Source: the human T2T-CHM13v2.0 reference genome, Homo sapiens
Strand: one strand, 5' to 3'
Length of the DNA stretch: 64,000 bases
Assembly (NCBI RefSeq): GCF_009914755.1
Contig: NC_060945.1
Positions 1 through 13,659 of the stretch are shown one piece after another; position 1 is the first letter of the stretch; the number at the start of each line of letters is the position of its first letter. The translations under genes and the position numbers were made by a program. The notes under the pieces are model-generated. The model had not been told where the DNA came from and searched no databases. It saw only the letters and a list, made by a program, of their open reading frames with translations.

Positions 1-2029
1 ACATAAAACAACCAGCTCTTGAATTACAATATAAATTATTAAAATAAGGCTGTTTAAAAGATATAGGGGGAACAACTTATGTATGATCATGTCAAATTTT
101 ATAAATGAAAATTTTAATACTTATGTTCTTCACCTACAATGTTGTGACAATAGTGACATTTCAGAAATAAGTGTTCAAATTTTAAGTAATAAAATATGAA
201 ATATAATTAATATTGAGTACTGAAAGTTGATTCTCTGTAAATCGGTCTTCTCTGTAAATCAATCAATACCTGCAGCTGTCCAGTAGAGGAATTTTTAATT
301 AGGCATTCAGGTTGACTTAAAATATACCTGCTGGGTTGATAACTAAATCTATTCCATGTTATAAATGCTACCACATAACAAAAAACTGAGTATGATAGCT
401 TTATATTAGCGAGGCATTGGCATAAACCAGCTTTGCAAAAAGAATGTCATCATTAACGGACAGAATAATTAGGCATCTATAAAATATATTATTAGTGTCA
501 AAGTTTACTAATATCCATAAAATTAAACTTCATTTTACTCAATATATTTCACTTTAGTTATTAAAAGTGTATTCTAAAATACGTTTAATTAAATTTATTA
601 AAATTATGCTTTTAAAATTAATTCGAACTTTGAATTAAGATGTAATGGATGTCTTCAGAAAAACTGATCAAGTTTTGAGGTATTACGGCACTGTGTAAAA
701 TTATTTTTGATTTTCAAAAAAATGTGATAATAAATAGCTGTTGCAGTGTCATTTTAAAACTCTTTATCTCTTTTAGTTAACTTTGGCCTGGCTTTAGTTC
801 CAGCATCACAATAAGCCATTAATTATTCTCGGTAACAATAAATCTATGAGTAATAAAAAGGAACACATATTATTTTTTCCTGAATAATTAAATAAGATTT
901 TTAGTTGACAGTACACATTGCAATAGCTTTTTGTATCCTATTAAGATAATAGTTCAATAAATATCTAAAATGAAATAATTTAATATTGGATACATTTGAA
1001 AACTTGGATGTCAGTGAAAACGATCAGTAATCTTATTTGATATTTTAGTATCATGTAAGGGGCATATTATCTGAAATAAATTAAATGGTTTAATCAGGAG
1101 CAAATGTCATATAGAAAGTCTTACTTATTACTTCTTAAGAAAAAACGGTCTACACAGAGAAGGTAAAAGCTACTAAGGCTAATCCTGCGAAACATTGCAC
1201 AGTTAGACCATACTTGTCATGTCAGCCTATGATATAAATATAAAACTCTTACAAAATTTTCTTGCTATGTATGCTAAATATATTTTCAAATTAATCTGGT
1301 TGCATGATGTTAGTAATCACTAAAAAATGATTTTGGGAAACTAAAAGCAGAAGAACATAATATGGGATACAAATAATTGTTCTAACAAAGGTAGCTTACA
1401 GAAACACATTCAAGACTACCTTCAATAATGACAGTTTGGGAAACTAATTAATTTCAGTCCAGAATAACACATATAAAGTAAAAACAATTATTTATAAAAA
1501 TAAAATAAAATTTAAAAATAACAATTTCAACAAATTTGAAAACTCCCAAAGTGATTCATAAAAAACAGCTACTTTTTGAGGTAAGAATGGTAAGTATATG
1601 AACTTTTTGACTGAGAATATGGAAGAGGAAATTAAAACTAACTAGGAAATATTTAAAATGAGAGAACTGTAGAAGGACTAAGATAATAAGCATTCTACAA
1701 ATTCTGGGATGACTGATAAACTACTTTAACTACATAAACATGAAGAAGCCAGAATCCTCGTGAAGATTTAAAGCCTGGGAGACTTGAAAACTTGCTGTGC
1801 CTGTGAGAGCATTCTTTAATCCACATACATCTGAAATGGCAGAAAGCCTAATTGGCTTGAAGAGTCTAAGCACAGCCTTTGGAAATCATTTTCTGGCCTT
1901 TAAACCACACAAGTGCAGGATATATCTCTATGGAGACATTGACCAACAATTGTACACAGTAGGGGATGCAGGTTTGAAAATTTGAGTCTGGGCATTTTAA
2001 GTGCATTGAAAAATTAAAATCCATTTACC

Positions 2030-2400
2030 TTCAAAGAACAACACAAAATGTATAGTCACTAAAATGTATTTTCAAAACGCCCAGTCTTCAAAAAAAGAAT
2101 TACTAACTATGCAAAACAATAAGAAAATGTGATTCTTGTTCTGAAAAAAGCATTCAACATAAAATGACTTCAGTTAGACTGAGATATCAGACTTAGCAAA
2201 CAAATGCTTCATCAATTTCCTAAATATATTAATTAACAGAATTAAAATAATATATGCTTAAAATAAGTGAACAGGTAGAAAATCTCAATGAAATCAAATA
2301 AAATTAATCTTAAAGAAAATTTGAAGTAAAAAATATGATAATGTCATATTTATTAGAGAGATCTAATTCAAATTCAAGATGCAGATGAAGGAATATGTAT
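2030..2400 (+). mobile_element. Old L1M fragment (5'/ORF1 start region)
   Basis: A-rich sequence resembling the L1M ORF1 start (AATTACTAACTATGCAAAACAATAAGAAAATGTGA...GACTTAGCAAACAAATGCTT); highly diverged, boundaries approximate. Confidence 0.5.
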
Positions 2401-2740
2401 ATGAGAAATATAAGACCACTAGATGCACAATAGGGTCTTAATAAATGTATTTATTGCAAGCATGAATGAATAAATAAAGACCTAAGGAATTTTATGGAAG
2501 TAGTTATAGACTGAGTAAGCACACTATTTTACTTAGATTCTATATCATCGTATGTATATTCATGGAGTTGAGACTGTAACTAATGGTACTCAAGCCACCA
2601 CCAAGCCCTACTTACTTTGTCAGTTGCACAGAGAAGAAACCAGCCCTAATGTCTATCCATTTCTCTCCTCAAGGCAACTACTATCATCAATTTCATAGTT
2701 ATGTTTCAACATAATTCAATGTATGTGCCTTCATCTAAGG

Positions 2741-3349
2741 TTATTTTCTTTAGCTTTGTTGTAGTATAATTTACATACAAGAAAATCCACTCATGTTATG
2801 TATCCAGTTGGACGAGTTTTGGTAAAACTATAAGAAATGTAACCACTACCACTATATAGCTTTAGAAAACTTTCTGTCTCCCCCAGATGTTCTTTCATGT
2901 TGTTTTGCTTTCAATTTGTCCTCTGATCCTTGGCCACTGGCAATGACTAGATTTCTGACACTATAGTTATGCCTCTTAAACAATTTCATATAAATGGAAT
3001 CATACTGTATGTCCTTTTTGAGGCTTGTTTCTTTTACTTATCATTAGTTTATTTTTAGAGGTTTCAAGGTTGCTGTATCAGTATCTTGCTTATTTTTTAT
3101 TTGCCGGGCAGTATTTCATTGCATGCAAACACCAAGGTTTGCCTATCCATTTATCATTTTGACATTTTAGCTTATTCCTTTTGGGACTCTCATGAATAAA
3201 GTTTCTATGAGTATTAATTTACAAGTGTGTGTGGACATACAATTTTATTTCTCTTGAGTGTACACATAGAGTAGAAATACTTAGTCATTCGGTAATTGAA
3301 GGTTTAAATTAAAATCAAAACAAAACAAAAATGACTGTACCATTTTGCA
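2741..3349 (-). mobile_element. L1MC/L1ME-type 3' end fragment
   Basis: Antisense old-L1 3' motifs: GTATAATTTACATAC, TTTCATATAAATGGAATCATACTGTATG, GACTGTACCATTTTGCAT. Confidence 0.7.
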
Positions 3350-4206
3350 TGTGAAAAAAATAACATTTGCATTTTGACAAGTGGAATATGGAAGCTTAAA
3401 AGAAAGACACCCAACTTTCTAAGGTAGGTTCTGACAGTTTATTGGATTAGTTAAGCTGGGCAACTGGAGCCGATGAGGTCTGGGCATGACTAAGTTATCA
3501 CTGAAGGTTTGCATCATTCTACTATTTGCAGTACGTTGATAGTGCCCTCAGTTAAACGATGCATGAATCAAAGTTAACAAAGTTGTCCCATTACACATCA
3601 GTCAAATTAGCTGATGAAATGGTGTATTCATGAGAAAACTTTCCAGAAGCCAAAACAGTGGGGAAATAAGGGAAAAATTTTGGAGAGGGAGTGTAAATTT
3701 TCCATGGGTCTCTCGCACTACTGCCTGTTTTCTGAGCAAGGGACATTAACAACTTTATTCCAGATTGTCTTTTTAAGAATATTTTGTATATCAAACACTT
3801 TTGAGAGATGTAAGTAAAATTTTCCTTACTCGTGTCTTTCAGGAGGGCAGATTTGTTTCCTGACCAGGATTATAAAGATGATACTCCTGTTCAGGGAAAA
3901 ATTTGAGCCGGTTTTCAGCAACACACTTATAAGGCTATGGGCTTCCAAAGCTAAGGTTCCTCAGCTGTGACATAAATTCATTGTGTTTTCTGTATCATCC
4001 TGTACTACTTCACATCAGCCTCATGGTCCTCAGGGAAAGGGGAGTAGTTGCAAATGTATGCTACCTACTGTGCTGTGAGGGAAAAAAAATGCCTTTGGCT
4101 CTAAACCAGGAGGCCGTGTCTTCTGCCAGCATCTATAAAGCTGTGACACACTAACTCACAAGCTTACAGATAAAGTAAGTTTTCAGACCCTTCACTGATC
4201 TTGACA
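3350..4206 (+). mobile_element. ERV1-class solo LTR (MER89/MER90/MER110-like)
   Basis: TG...CA termini; 3' end TCTTCTGCCAGCATCTATAAAGCTGTG...CAGACCCTTCACTGATCTTGACA resembles this LTR group; exact family uncertain. Confidence 0.6.
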
Positions 4207-4229
4207 TATTGGTATCCCTAAACATACCT

Positions 4230-4420
4230 TCCAACGTAGAGAGATAGATGCTAACATGCAATCAATACTGGTATTTAAAGTAAGAGATGCACTTATGAAA
4301 AAGAATAATGCAATATAAAGAGGACAGAGAAACGGTGGTGGATGCTGTTTTATCTAAGGTGTTTCAACACTGAAATAGACTTAAAGGAAGTGAGAACATG
4401 AGCTATGAGAATGATGCAAA
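4230..4420 (-). mobile_element. L2 fragment
   Basis: GACTTAAAGGAAGTGAGAACATGAGCTATG resembles antisense L2. Confidence 0.45.
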
Positions 4421-5299
4421 CAGATGGCTGCATTGTTTGTGTAAACCCTCAAATTACTTCAGTTGTAAATATTTTATAGTTCGCGTTTTTAAATCATTTC
4501 CATGTATAAGCATTCTCAAAGAAAAATCCTAAAATTAAACTTAGTGAAATAAAATAAAACAGGAAATGTGATAAAAGTGAAAATGAACGAACGTAAATCT
4601 CCTGCAAAGACTCTCTGATCCTTGGAGCTCACAAACTTTAGCTCTCAGTGTCCTTTCCTCTTTAGTCCATATACCCAGCAATGGCCGAGCACCTTCTGTA
4701 TCCTTGAGGTATCTTAATGCTTTTATGAGAGTCTGGGGTCTGTCAACTTCTCCTTTTTCTTTTTTGTAATTCCTATATTAAATTCAGTAAGGGAGTCAGA
4801 AACTCATGATATATGCCATCATATTTCTGTTTCTCTTTTGATATTGAGAATGATTTCTATTTTTTTTATATTTATTCTCTGTAAATACCCTCAAATTATT
4901 TGAGGACGATCACAGAATGGTGACATGAAACAATGACCTGTCAAATATCTGTGTTAAAATTAGACTTCTTAAGTATTTTGATTTAATGTGGCCTTACATT
5001 TTCTTTATTATGAAAAGTTTATTTGTCATTTAACAAATGAAACGTGAGGTTATGCATACAGCCAACATCACATTTACATATATGCACCCACACACATAAA
5101 CTTTCCTCATTCAGAAGAACGATCAGGTCAAACTGAAATATTTGTAATATTATTGTAAACTAGGAAAGTAACACTTGGTTCATTCCGATAAGATAATGAA
5201 TAAACATAATGCTATAGTTTTCCAACTTGTCGCCAATCCTATAATATTCATCCACCTTGTGATGCAACTGTTGGGAAGTGTTACCATGTTCAAAGGTTG

Positions 5300-5402
5300 T
5301 CATATATATTTTAAATATATATATTCAAATATAAAAATATGTATAAGTATACATATATATTCAAAAATAAATACACATATAAATATTACTATAAATACAT
5401 AC
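5300..5402. repeat. AT-rich low-complexity (TA-derived) tract
   Basis: Repeated ATATAT/ATACAT units; explains part of ORF 5175..5498. Confidence 0.7.
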
Positions 5403-5796
5403 TCGGAGTACCATATTTGTAATTGTAAAAGCATGTTGCTGTCAACAACAAATAAAGATAGATACCTAATTCTAAGTCAGCTATTGGGTAGCTATTAAAT
5501 CCCTAAGAGAGGGTCTGATTCCAGATAGCTCTGTAACTGGGTCCTCTTTGTGGTCATTCACTGAAAGAGAATAGTAAATGGCATAGTATTCTACAGAAAC
5601 ACAAAGATAAAGTAAAATGACTGAGCCATAATACATAGGAAAGAATAGCTTTAGTTTGTTGGAGGCTAAGAAGAAATAGCTACAAAGGAGAAATACTGGA
5701 AGGGAGAAAATTGAATTGGTGTCTTTTGTGAAGAGAGCAAGATGCAGTTTGTGTTATATCCTGAAGGTTATTCTGGTTGCTGCATGATAACTTATT

Positions 5797-5925
5797 CTGT
5801 GTGATATAAGGATGCAGGGTTTTTGTTGATGTTTTATAGTCTTTTTATTGCTCTTCCTGTGTGGTATAAGGATGCAGGGTTTTTGTTGATGTTTTATAGT
5901 CTTTTTATTGCTCTTCCTGTGTGGT
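5797..5925. repeat. 60-bp tandem duplication
   Basis: 5805-5865 identical to 5865-5925 (period 60); CTGTGTG(A/G)T at all three boundaries. Confidence 0.95.
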
Positions 5926-6418
5926 TTAAATAAAGTCATAATTACTGAAGTAAAGCTGAACATTTTAGAATTTTGTCTGACAATCGGAAAAGCCTAGCAA
6001 ACGTTGCCTAGCAAGGATAAGGTTGTATGAGTTTGGAAAAACAGGGAAATTTCAGGTTATATTTCAAAAGTAAACATGTATCTATGAGCATGTAGTAAAC
6101 CATACTGAAACAAATACTTTTTATTCAAAATCCCAAGCCTGTAATTCATTAAACATTGCCTAATTCTACAAAGACACAGATAGTCGTATATTGGAAATAA
6201 AGAAACAGCAATGGAGGTGTATAACTTATTAATCAAATATAAAATCTGAGGAAGTAACCAAACTCTGTGTATATGAGTTTGTATGTATACATCTATTCCG
6301 GAAGCAGAGTGCTTTCATGACCTTAGCACAGTGCTGGGTGTAAGATGACAAGGTGACAGTGAGAGAGGAAAGTAATGTATTCTTTAATAATTTTTAGCAA
6401 TGCTAATTTTTGTGATAG

Positions 6419-6748
<330 letters not shown>

Positions 6749-7099
6749 TGATATGGTTTGTCTCTGTGTTCTCACAGAAATCTCGTCTTGAATTGTAATC
6801 CCCATGTGTTGAGGGAGGGAGGTGAGTGGAATATGGGGCAATTTCTCCCATGCTGTTCTCATGATAGTGAGTGAGTTCTCACAAGATCTGATGGTTTTAT
6901 AAGGGGCTCTTCCCCCTTCGCTCTTCACACACTCTCACACCTCCTGCTAGGTAAGGTGTGCCTACTTCCTCTTCTGCCATGATTGTAAGTTTCCTGAGGC
7001 CTCCCAGCCATATGGAACTGAGTCAATTAAACCTCTATTATTTATAGTTACCCAGTCTCAGATAGTATCTTTATAGCAGTATGAGAATAAACTAATATA
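6749..7099 (+). mobile_element. MaLR LTR (THE1D/MSTA-like)
   Basis: Starts TGATATGGTTTG; contains GAGATCTGATGGTTTTATAAGGGG-like core and GAGTCAATTAAACCTCT; ends ACTAATATA. Confidence 0.9.
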
Positions 7100-7527
7100 G
7101 TCAATTGGCACTGCAGAGAGTGGGGTGCTGCTATAAAGATACCAAAAAATGTGGAAGTGACTTTGGAACTGGGTAACAGGGAGAGATTGAACCGTTTGGA
7201 AGGCACAGAGGACATAGGGAGATGTGGGAAAGTTTGAAACTTCCTAGCGATGTCTTGAATGGTTTTGACCAAAATGCTGATATTAATATGGACAATGAAG
7301 TCCAGGCTGAGGTGATCTCAGATGGAGAAGACGAACTTGTTGGTAACTGGAGTAAAGTTCACTTTTGCTGTGCTTTAGCAAAGAGACTCTTGGCATTTTG
7401 CCCCTGCCCTAGAGATCTGTGTAACACTGAACTTGAGAGAGATGATTTGAAATTGGAACTTATGTTTAAAAGGGAAGCAAACTTCAAAAGTTTGGAAAAT
7501 TTGCAGCCTGATGATGTGAAAGAATAA
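7100..7527 (+). mobile_element. THE1/MST internal sequence, truncated
   Basis: Follows the LTR directly (AATGTGGAAGTGACTTTGGAACTGGGTAACAGG); ORF 7222..7527 is a MaLR internal ORF remnant. Confidence 0.9.
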
Positions 7528-9066
7528 GAGCTCCAACTTTCCCTGCAGTAGGATGTCCCAAGGTGTTCCAGGATTAAAGCATCAGCAAAGTGTTTTTGTC
7601 TCTTAATCAAGCTATACCTTTCACCTTAATGTTTGACAATACTAAACAGATACTTTTGTTCTACCTGTATAGGTTTTTTTGTCTTCATTTTTAAACTGAT
7701 TTAGAATTCTTGTAAGGTGAAAGAATGCTGGTTATGCCCCCCAGATTTCTTGTAATTATCTACTCTTCCACTAGCCCTGAAAGTAGAAAGTACATACTTG
7801 TATGTATATCACATATAAGTTGAGTGTGCTTACTGATCAAATAGCTCCCACATCAGTGTGATTCTAAATGTTAAAATCTTTTTAAATCAACTCATAGCCC
7901 TACAGCTTTCCATATGTATTGTTATTAAGCTTTACCACTCTTTTGATGTAATTATTTGTACACATACTTGTCACCCAGTTGTCTTCCCCTTTAAGACAGA
8001 TAACTAATAAAAATACTGGTTCTCTCACTCATGTTTTCATTAGTAAAGTAACTGACACATAACCATGACATAAAAAAAACCACCACCACCACCAAACATT
8101 TGATGAACCAATTACCAGGATGCACAAAAAAGTAGAAACTGAGTTATGTTTATGAAGAAAAGTGGTCATAGGCACCATCAAATGCATACGGGAGCATGAC
8201 CATAAATCTGATGTAATACTAATGGCACAGGCATAGCTACAAATATTCCTGAAAGAGACTGGCCTTTGGGTGAAATAGGAAGAGCATGCCAAGCTAAACA
8301 GTAAAACTCAGGGAGTGATAACACTTAAAAGTGGAGTCAATTTGGCATTCCAAATATTAAGATTCTAATTTTGTAGGCATCCTTTACCCTAATGAAATCT
8401 CCCACCTAAACTTTCTTTTTCATTTATTATTGTTGTCGTTGAGAGTTTGAATATGAGGTTCAGACTTATATCATTTATTGTTTGCATGTAGACGTCTTTT
8501 TATAGGTTTTTATTCTATCTAGCATAACTTTATCTCAAGTGCAATATTATAAAACACACTACTGTTTACAACCTATAACCTTGGTCTTCTCTAATTGATA
8601 GAGGCACAAGGACCTTCAGAGCCCATTTTGCCTTCACTCAGAGGCCCTTACAGATCTATTAAGAATTACAAGGCACAATATGAAAAAAAGAACCCCCTGG
8701 TGTATTTCAGGGAATGTCGAAAAAAATTCTCTTATATTCAACCCACAGCCTGTTTTATGTTTTATTTATTGCTAAGAAGTCTCTTTCCATATGTCTAGAC
8801 GTTGAATATTTTTTAAAGTTCCACATCAACACTGCATCTTTATCTAAGATTAGTATACCATGTTCTGATTGCTGAGGCATTAAACTGTTTTCAATTCTAG
8901 AAAAATGGAGGTATACTGTTATTTTCATTAGCTTTCTCCATGGTACTATTTGGATTATATTTAAATTGTTCTCAGTTGGCTCGATGACAGCAGAAATGCC
9001 AAGATTTTGAACAAAAATAACTAGTCTGACAGTTTCATATTCAACTTACGAAGCAATTGATGATTT

Positions 9067-9403
<337 letters not shown>

Positions 9404-9659
9404 TTATGTTTGTACTTGGAAAATGTATCTTCTAATCCAGAAGGCCTATTGAATGTGTGAGTATTGTGTTTTATATGCAGATCACAAAGTGTAAATGAAT
9501 AGCTGATTTACACTTAGGCTGATATTAATATTACCATTATGCCATTTAAAATCAAAGCTAGCATAATTCATGAGAAATCATACATTAAGTTAACAACAGT
9601 CTGGAAACAATGGATTCACCTTTTAACAAGGTACACATTTAAATATAGTTTTAAAAATT

Positions 9660-10065
9660 TGATTGGTACACTGTAAAAACACAGTAACATATAAAGAAAT
9701 AGAGAAATGTGTGAAAAGCTCATAAACTACAAAAGTGCTGATGATAAAAAACTTAATTAAAAATTCAAAATGTAGATGAAAATATAAAATTAAATTAAAA
9801 GCTCTTCTCAGCCCTCACTCCAAATTTTTCTTCCCCAAATTAATCATAGTTACTAGTGGGCTTTTTATTCTAGGAGAAAATATTTTATCTGTCTACCAAC
9901 ATGTATACATGTCTGAAGGATATTTAATTTTTGATTACAAAAATGGATTATATTTATCAGGGCTCTGTTAAAAAAGCAAAATATCATTAAGTGTTGCTTA
10001 GTCAGTACCCAGTAAAAATCTTCATATGAGCTTTCACATGTATGTGCTTCCACAGTATATTTGGG
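9660..10065 (-). mobile_element. L1ME3/4-like 3' fragment
   Basis: Diverged antisense L1ME 3' pattern (ACAAAAATGGATTATATTTATC). Confidence 0.4.
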
Positions 10066-10081
10066 GTTTTTCAACCCTTTA

Positions 10082-10387
<306 letters not shown>

Positions 10388-10455
10388 TGCAGAAACAAAG
10401 GAACTTGAGTAACCTGCTCACAGTCACAAAATCAGGGTATGTTAGCATTCATATT
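10388..10455. mobile_element. MIR core fragment
   Basis: TTGAGTAACCTGCTCACAGTCACA resembles MIR core TAAGTAACTTGCCCAAGGTCACA. Confidence 0.45.
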
Positions 10456-10457
10456 GT

Positions 10458-11232
10458 CAATTTCAACAAATGGTGCTGGGACATTTGATTATCTGCACGC
10501 AGAAAGATGAACTTAAACCCTTACTTGTCTCATACAACACACAGAAACTAACCCAAAATGGGTGATATATTTAAATTTGAGAGCTTATATTAAAAATTTT
10601 AGGAGAAAATGTGGAAAGACATCTTTCAGATTTGGGTTAGGTAATAGTTTCTTAAATTTGATACTGAGAACATGATCTGTTAAACAAACAAAACATAATT
10701 TGGACTTTATCAAAATTCAAAACTTTTCCATCTCAAAAGACAGTATTAAGAAAATAAAACTATAAGCAAGGGGCTAGGAGACTATGTTTGTGAAGTACAA
10801 AGATACATATATCTGACAAAGGATTGTTATCTAGGATATACAATAAACTCTTGAAACTCCATGAGAAAATAACCAACCTAATTTTAGAATGGACAAATAT
10901 AAAAGTAGACATTTTATTAACTAAGGTATATAAATTACTAATAAGAGATTTATATTACCAGTAAAAGCATCTTTAGTCATCAAGGAAATGTAAATTTCAA
11001 ACATAGATACCATTTCATACATACTATTAGGTTGGGGCAAAAGTGATTGCACTTTTTGCCATTACTTCCAAAGGTAAAAACCGCAATCACTTTTGCACCA
11101 AACTAATAGTATGTCTAGTTAAAAAAAAAAAGAAATCAGAAATAACAAATATTGGTGAGGATGTGAAAAATAAGGATTTTTAATATGTTGCTGGCGGAAA
11201 TGAAAACTGTGGGAATTTTGGAAAACAGTCTC
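10458..11232 (+). mobile_element. Old L1M ORF2 3' region, interrupted by MADE1
   Basis: TTTCAACAAATGGTGCTGGGAC, ATATCTGACAAAGGA, TTGGTGAGGATGTG, TTTGGAAAACAGT. Confidence 0.8.
11027..11106. mobile_element. MADE1 (Hsmar1-derived 80-bp MITE)
   Basis: 80 bp with inverted termini TTAGGTTGGGGCAAAAGTGATTGC / GCAATCACTTTTGCACCAAACTAA; TA duplication on both sides. Confidence 0.95.
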
Positions 11233-11769
11233 TTGAATGACAAACTAGTCGGTGGGGGCTGAAACTACATTTTATGGACAACGTGTGGAAAAAAAATGCG
11301 ACCATCAAAAAATGTGACTTACATGTAAATTCATGGTGCATTTTGCTAAAAATGATGGTATAAATATTTGAAACATTGTTTATTTTATTGATCTAACAAA
11401 TGTTCATAGACAAATTTTAGAACAAAACGCAATTTGTAAATGAGAACTCTGAGAACTAACAGATTTACTACTTCAAAGAACAATGTTTTCTGTGATTCAG
11501 ATCCATTCCCCAAAAAGTCCAAAGTTGAAAACCAATATAAATGAAAATATATAATTTACTAAACAATAATTTAGCCAAATATTTACATTTATTATAATGA
11601 ATAGAAGGAAAATAAAGTATCATTAGAAAACAATCAGAAATAACTCTATGAGAACTGTCTTGAAACTTTTGTTGTGCAATGGATATAGAAATAGTGTAAC
11701 ATAACCCTCAAAATGAGGATATCAATTTCAGACAGCCCTTCTTCAGAGGCTTCACATATACTTTCTTTG

Positions 11770-12120
11770 AATTTTGCTTTAATTACCTTAAAATATGCAT
11801 TGGGGAACTTTCCATGTATCACATTCCGGTGTATTTCATTCATTTTTAATGGCTACAAATTATTTCATCTTGTGCATGAATTACCACATATTAAAATAGT
11901 TTCCTACTAATGAATATAAATGTCATTTCCTACTATTTTATTTCAAATGTAACCAATAGTAAATACATTATACCTATAGCCTAACATTTTCTTAAGTCCT
12001 CCTGAAGAGTAAAGTCCTAAGGTTGGAATTTGTGAAAGAAATGTAACATGTGCATAACCTTTTAAATTAACACTTTCACATTTTCCTCCAAAAATTTTTT
12101 AACAATTATGTTATCAGCTA
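11770..12120 (-). mobile_element. L1ME-like fragment
   Basis: TTCATTCATTTTTAATGGCTAC and neighbouring antisense L1ME motifs. Confidence 0.5.
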
Positions 12121-12178
12121 TGTCTTTTATTAGTTATTTCATATTCCTGTAAATAGGATAGGATTTATACTTACCCAC

Positions 12179-12646
12179 TGTGTTGTCAATGGGAGAGCTA
12201 GTCTCTCTTGTGGGGTCTTTAAGATAATCACTTCAGTGTAACTGCAGAAATTACACTCCGAGAGGCATATGAAATTGAAGGATTTATTATACTCACAGGT
12301 CCTAGGGAGGGAAGCACGGCAAGTCCAGAGGGCCACACAAAGTCACGGCAAGCAGAGAGAAAATGGAGTAAGGACCCCTGGGCTAGTTCCTTTATTGAGG
12401 CTAATAGCAGGGGTAGTTTGTGGCACATGGGGGGCACTCTATCTGAGTAATTTGAATGTAGCTGGGTCAACATGAAAGGAGGAACTGATAAAATGGGGAA
12501 GTCATCATGAGGCTTGGCACTTGAAGACACATGTTGGAGACGGGTACCCAGAAATGGGCAATACGTCTGTAATAGTTCAAAGCAAGAATGGCAGGTGCTG
12601 GCACTCAGGAAGCCATCGAGGCAACAAATAACAACTTCACATTACA
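12179..12646 (-). mobile_element. ERVL solo LTR (MER54/MER74 group)
   Basis: TG...TTACA termini; GATTTATTATACTCACAGGTCC (antisense AATAAA) followed by AGGGCCACAC. Confidence 0.6.
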
Positions 12647-13659
12647 CCTACCTCTCCGCCAATATTGCAAAAAGCTTGTAATGCAAACTGTGAACATTGT
12701 TTTCCAAGCTGTTGCTTGAAAAATGTCATTTTTTAAATTTTACTGTTCTATAATTTTGAATGATATCTCTTCTTATTTATTTCTTTTCATGTCTTTTCTG
12801 CAATTTTCTAGTGTTAATCATTTTCAGTTTATCAACTTTTCCAGTCTTGTGTATTTAATGCACAGGACCAATTTTTAAATATTTGATGAATTCAAGTGTG
12901 ACTAATGAATACTAAAATATACTATTGTATTGGCATCATTACTTGGTCTAATAGGCTAGTATTTGAATCTACTGGTGAATTATAACCTCACAATCTAAGA
13001 CTGTGTGGTAAATTTTTGCTGAATCCTATTTATTGTTAAATGAAACTTTTGGACAAACTCTAAGCTCTGTGTTCTTGTAAACCTGTTGTCACGATAAATA
13101 AAAAATATTAATCTCAACATTATTTGCTGATATAACAGCTAGCTTGCATTCTGAGTGAGATAAGAGAATCAGTAAGTAAAAGAATTTGAAAAAACTGTAT
13201 GTGCCATGTGAAGTCATGGATGGATTTAGGGCAAAGAGTAGCAACTAAGACAGAAATAACTGGGCTTCAAGGGATCTCAAATTAAGTCAAAGAGAATATT
13301 AAGAGGCTTTTTGAGAAAGACATCAGATGTTTGTAGTACAAGGGAGGAAGCCAGCAATCTTCGATTTTCCTCCAGTTTTGCTGTTGATTCACTTATTATT
13401 TAAAATCTATTCCTCTTAACATTCTGTCTTCAGGTTCCTCTGACCAGGAAAAGAGAAGGAAGTGTGGTTTGGGGGCCTAGAAAATCAACCTTTGTTCTCC
13501 CCTTTACCTATCAAGGTGACTTATAGAAGCTTAGGACAATGTAAAATGAGTTTAAATCCAAATTATTCAACTATATAATATTAAAATCAGAGATTTTGAT
13601 TTTAACCATCTGTAATTTGTTAGATCCAATGACAGTTTAGCTATCTCTAAAAATTGGAT

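Noticed and set aside
5175-5498. 107-aa ORF
   Set aside because: Runs through TA low-complexity sequence, has a non-ATG start and no recognisable domain.
5797-5925. Direct repeats as a CRISPR-like array (also 28690-28863)
   Set aside because: Only two adjacent copies, no spacers, eukaryotic context.
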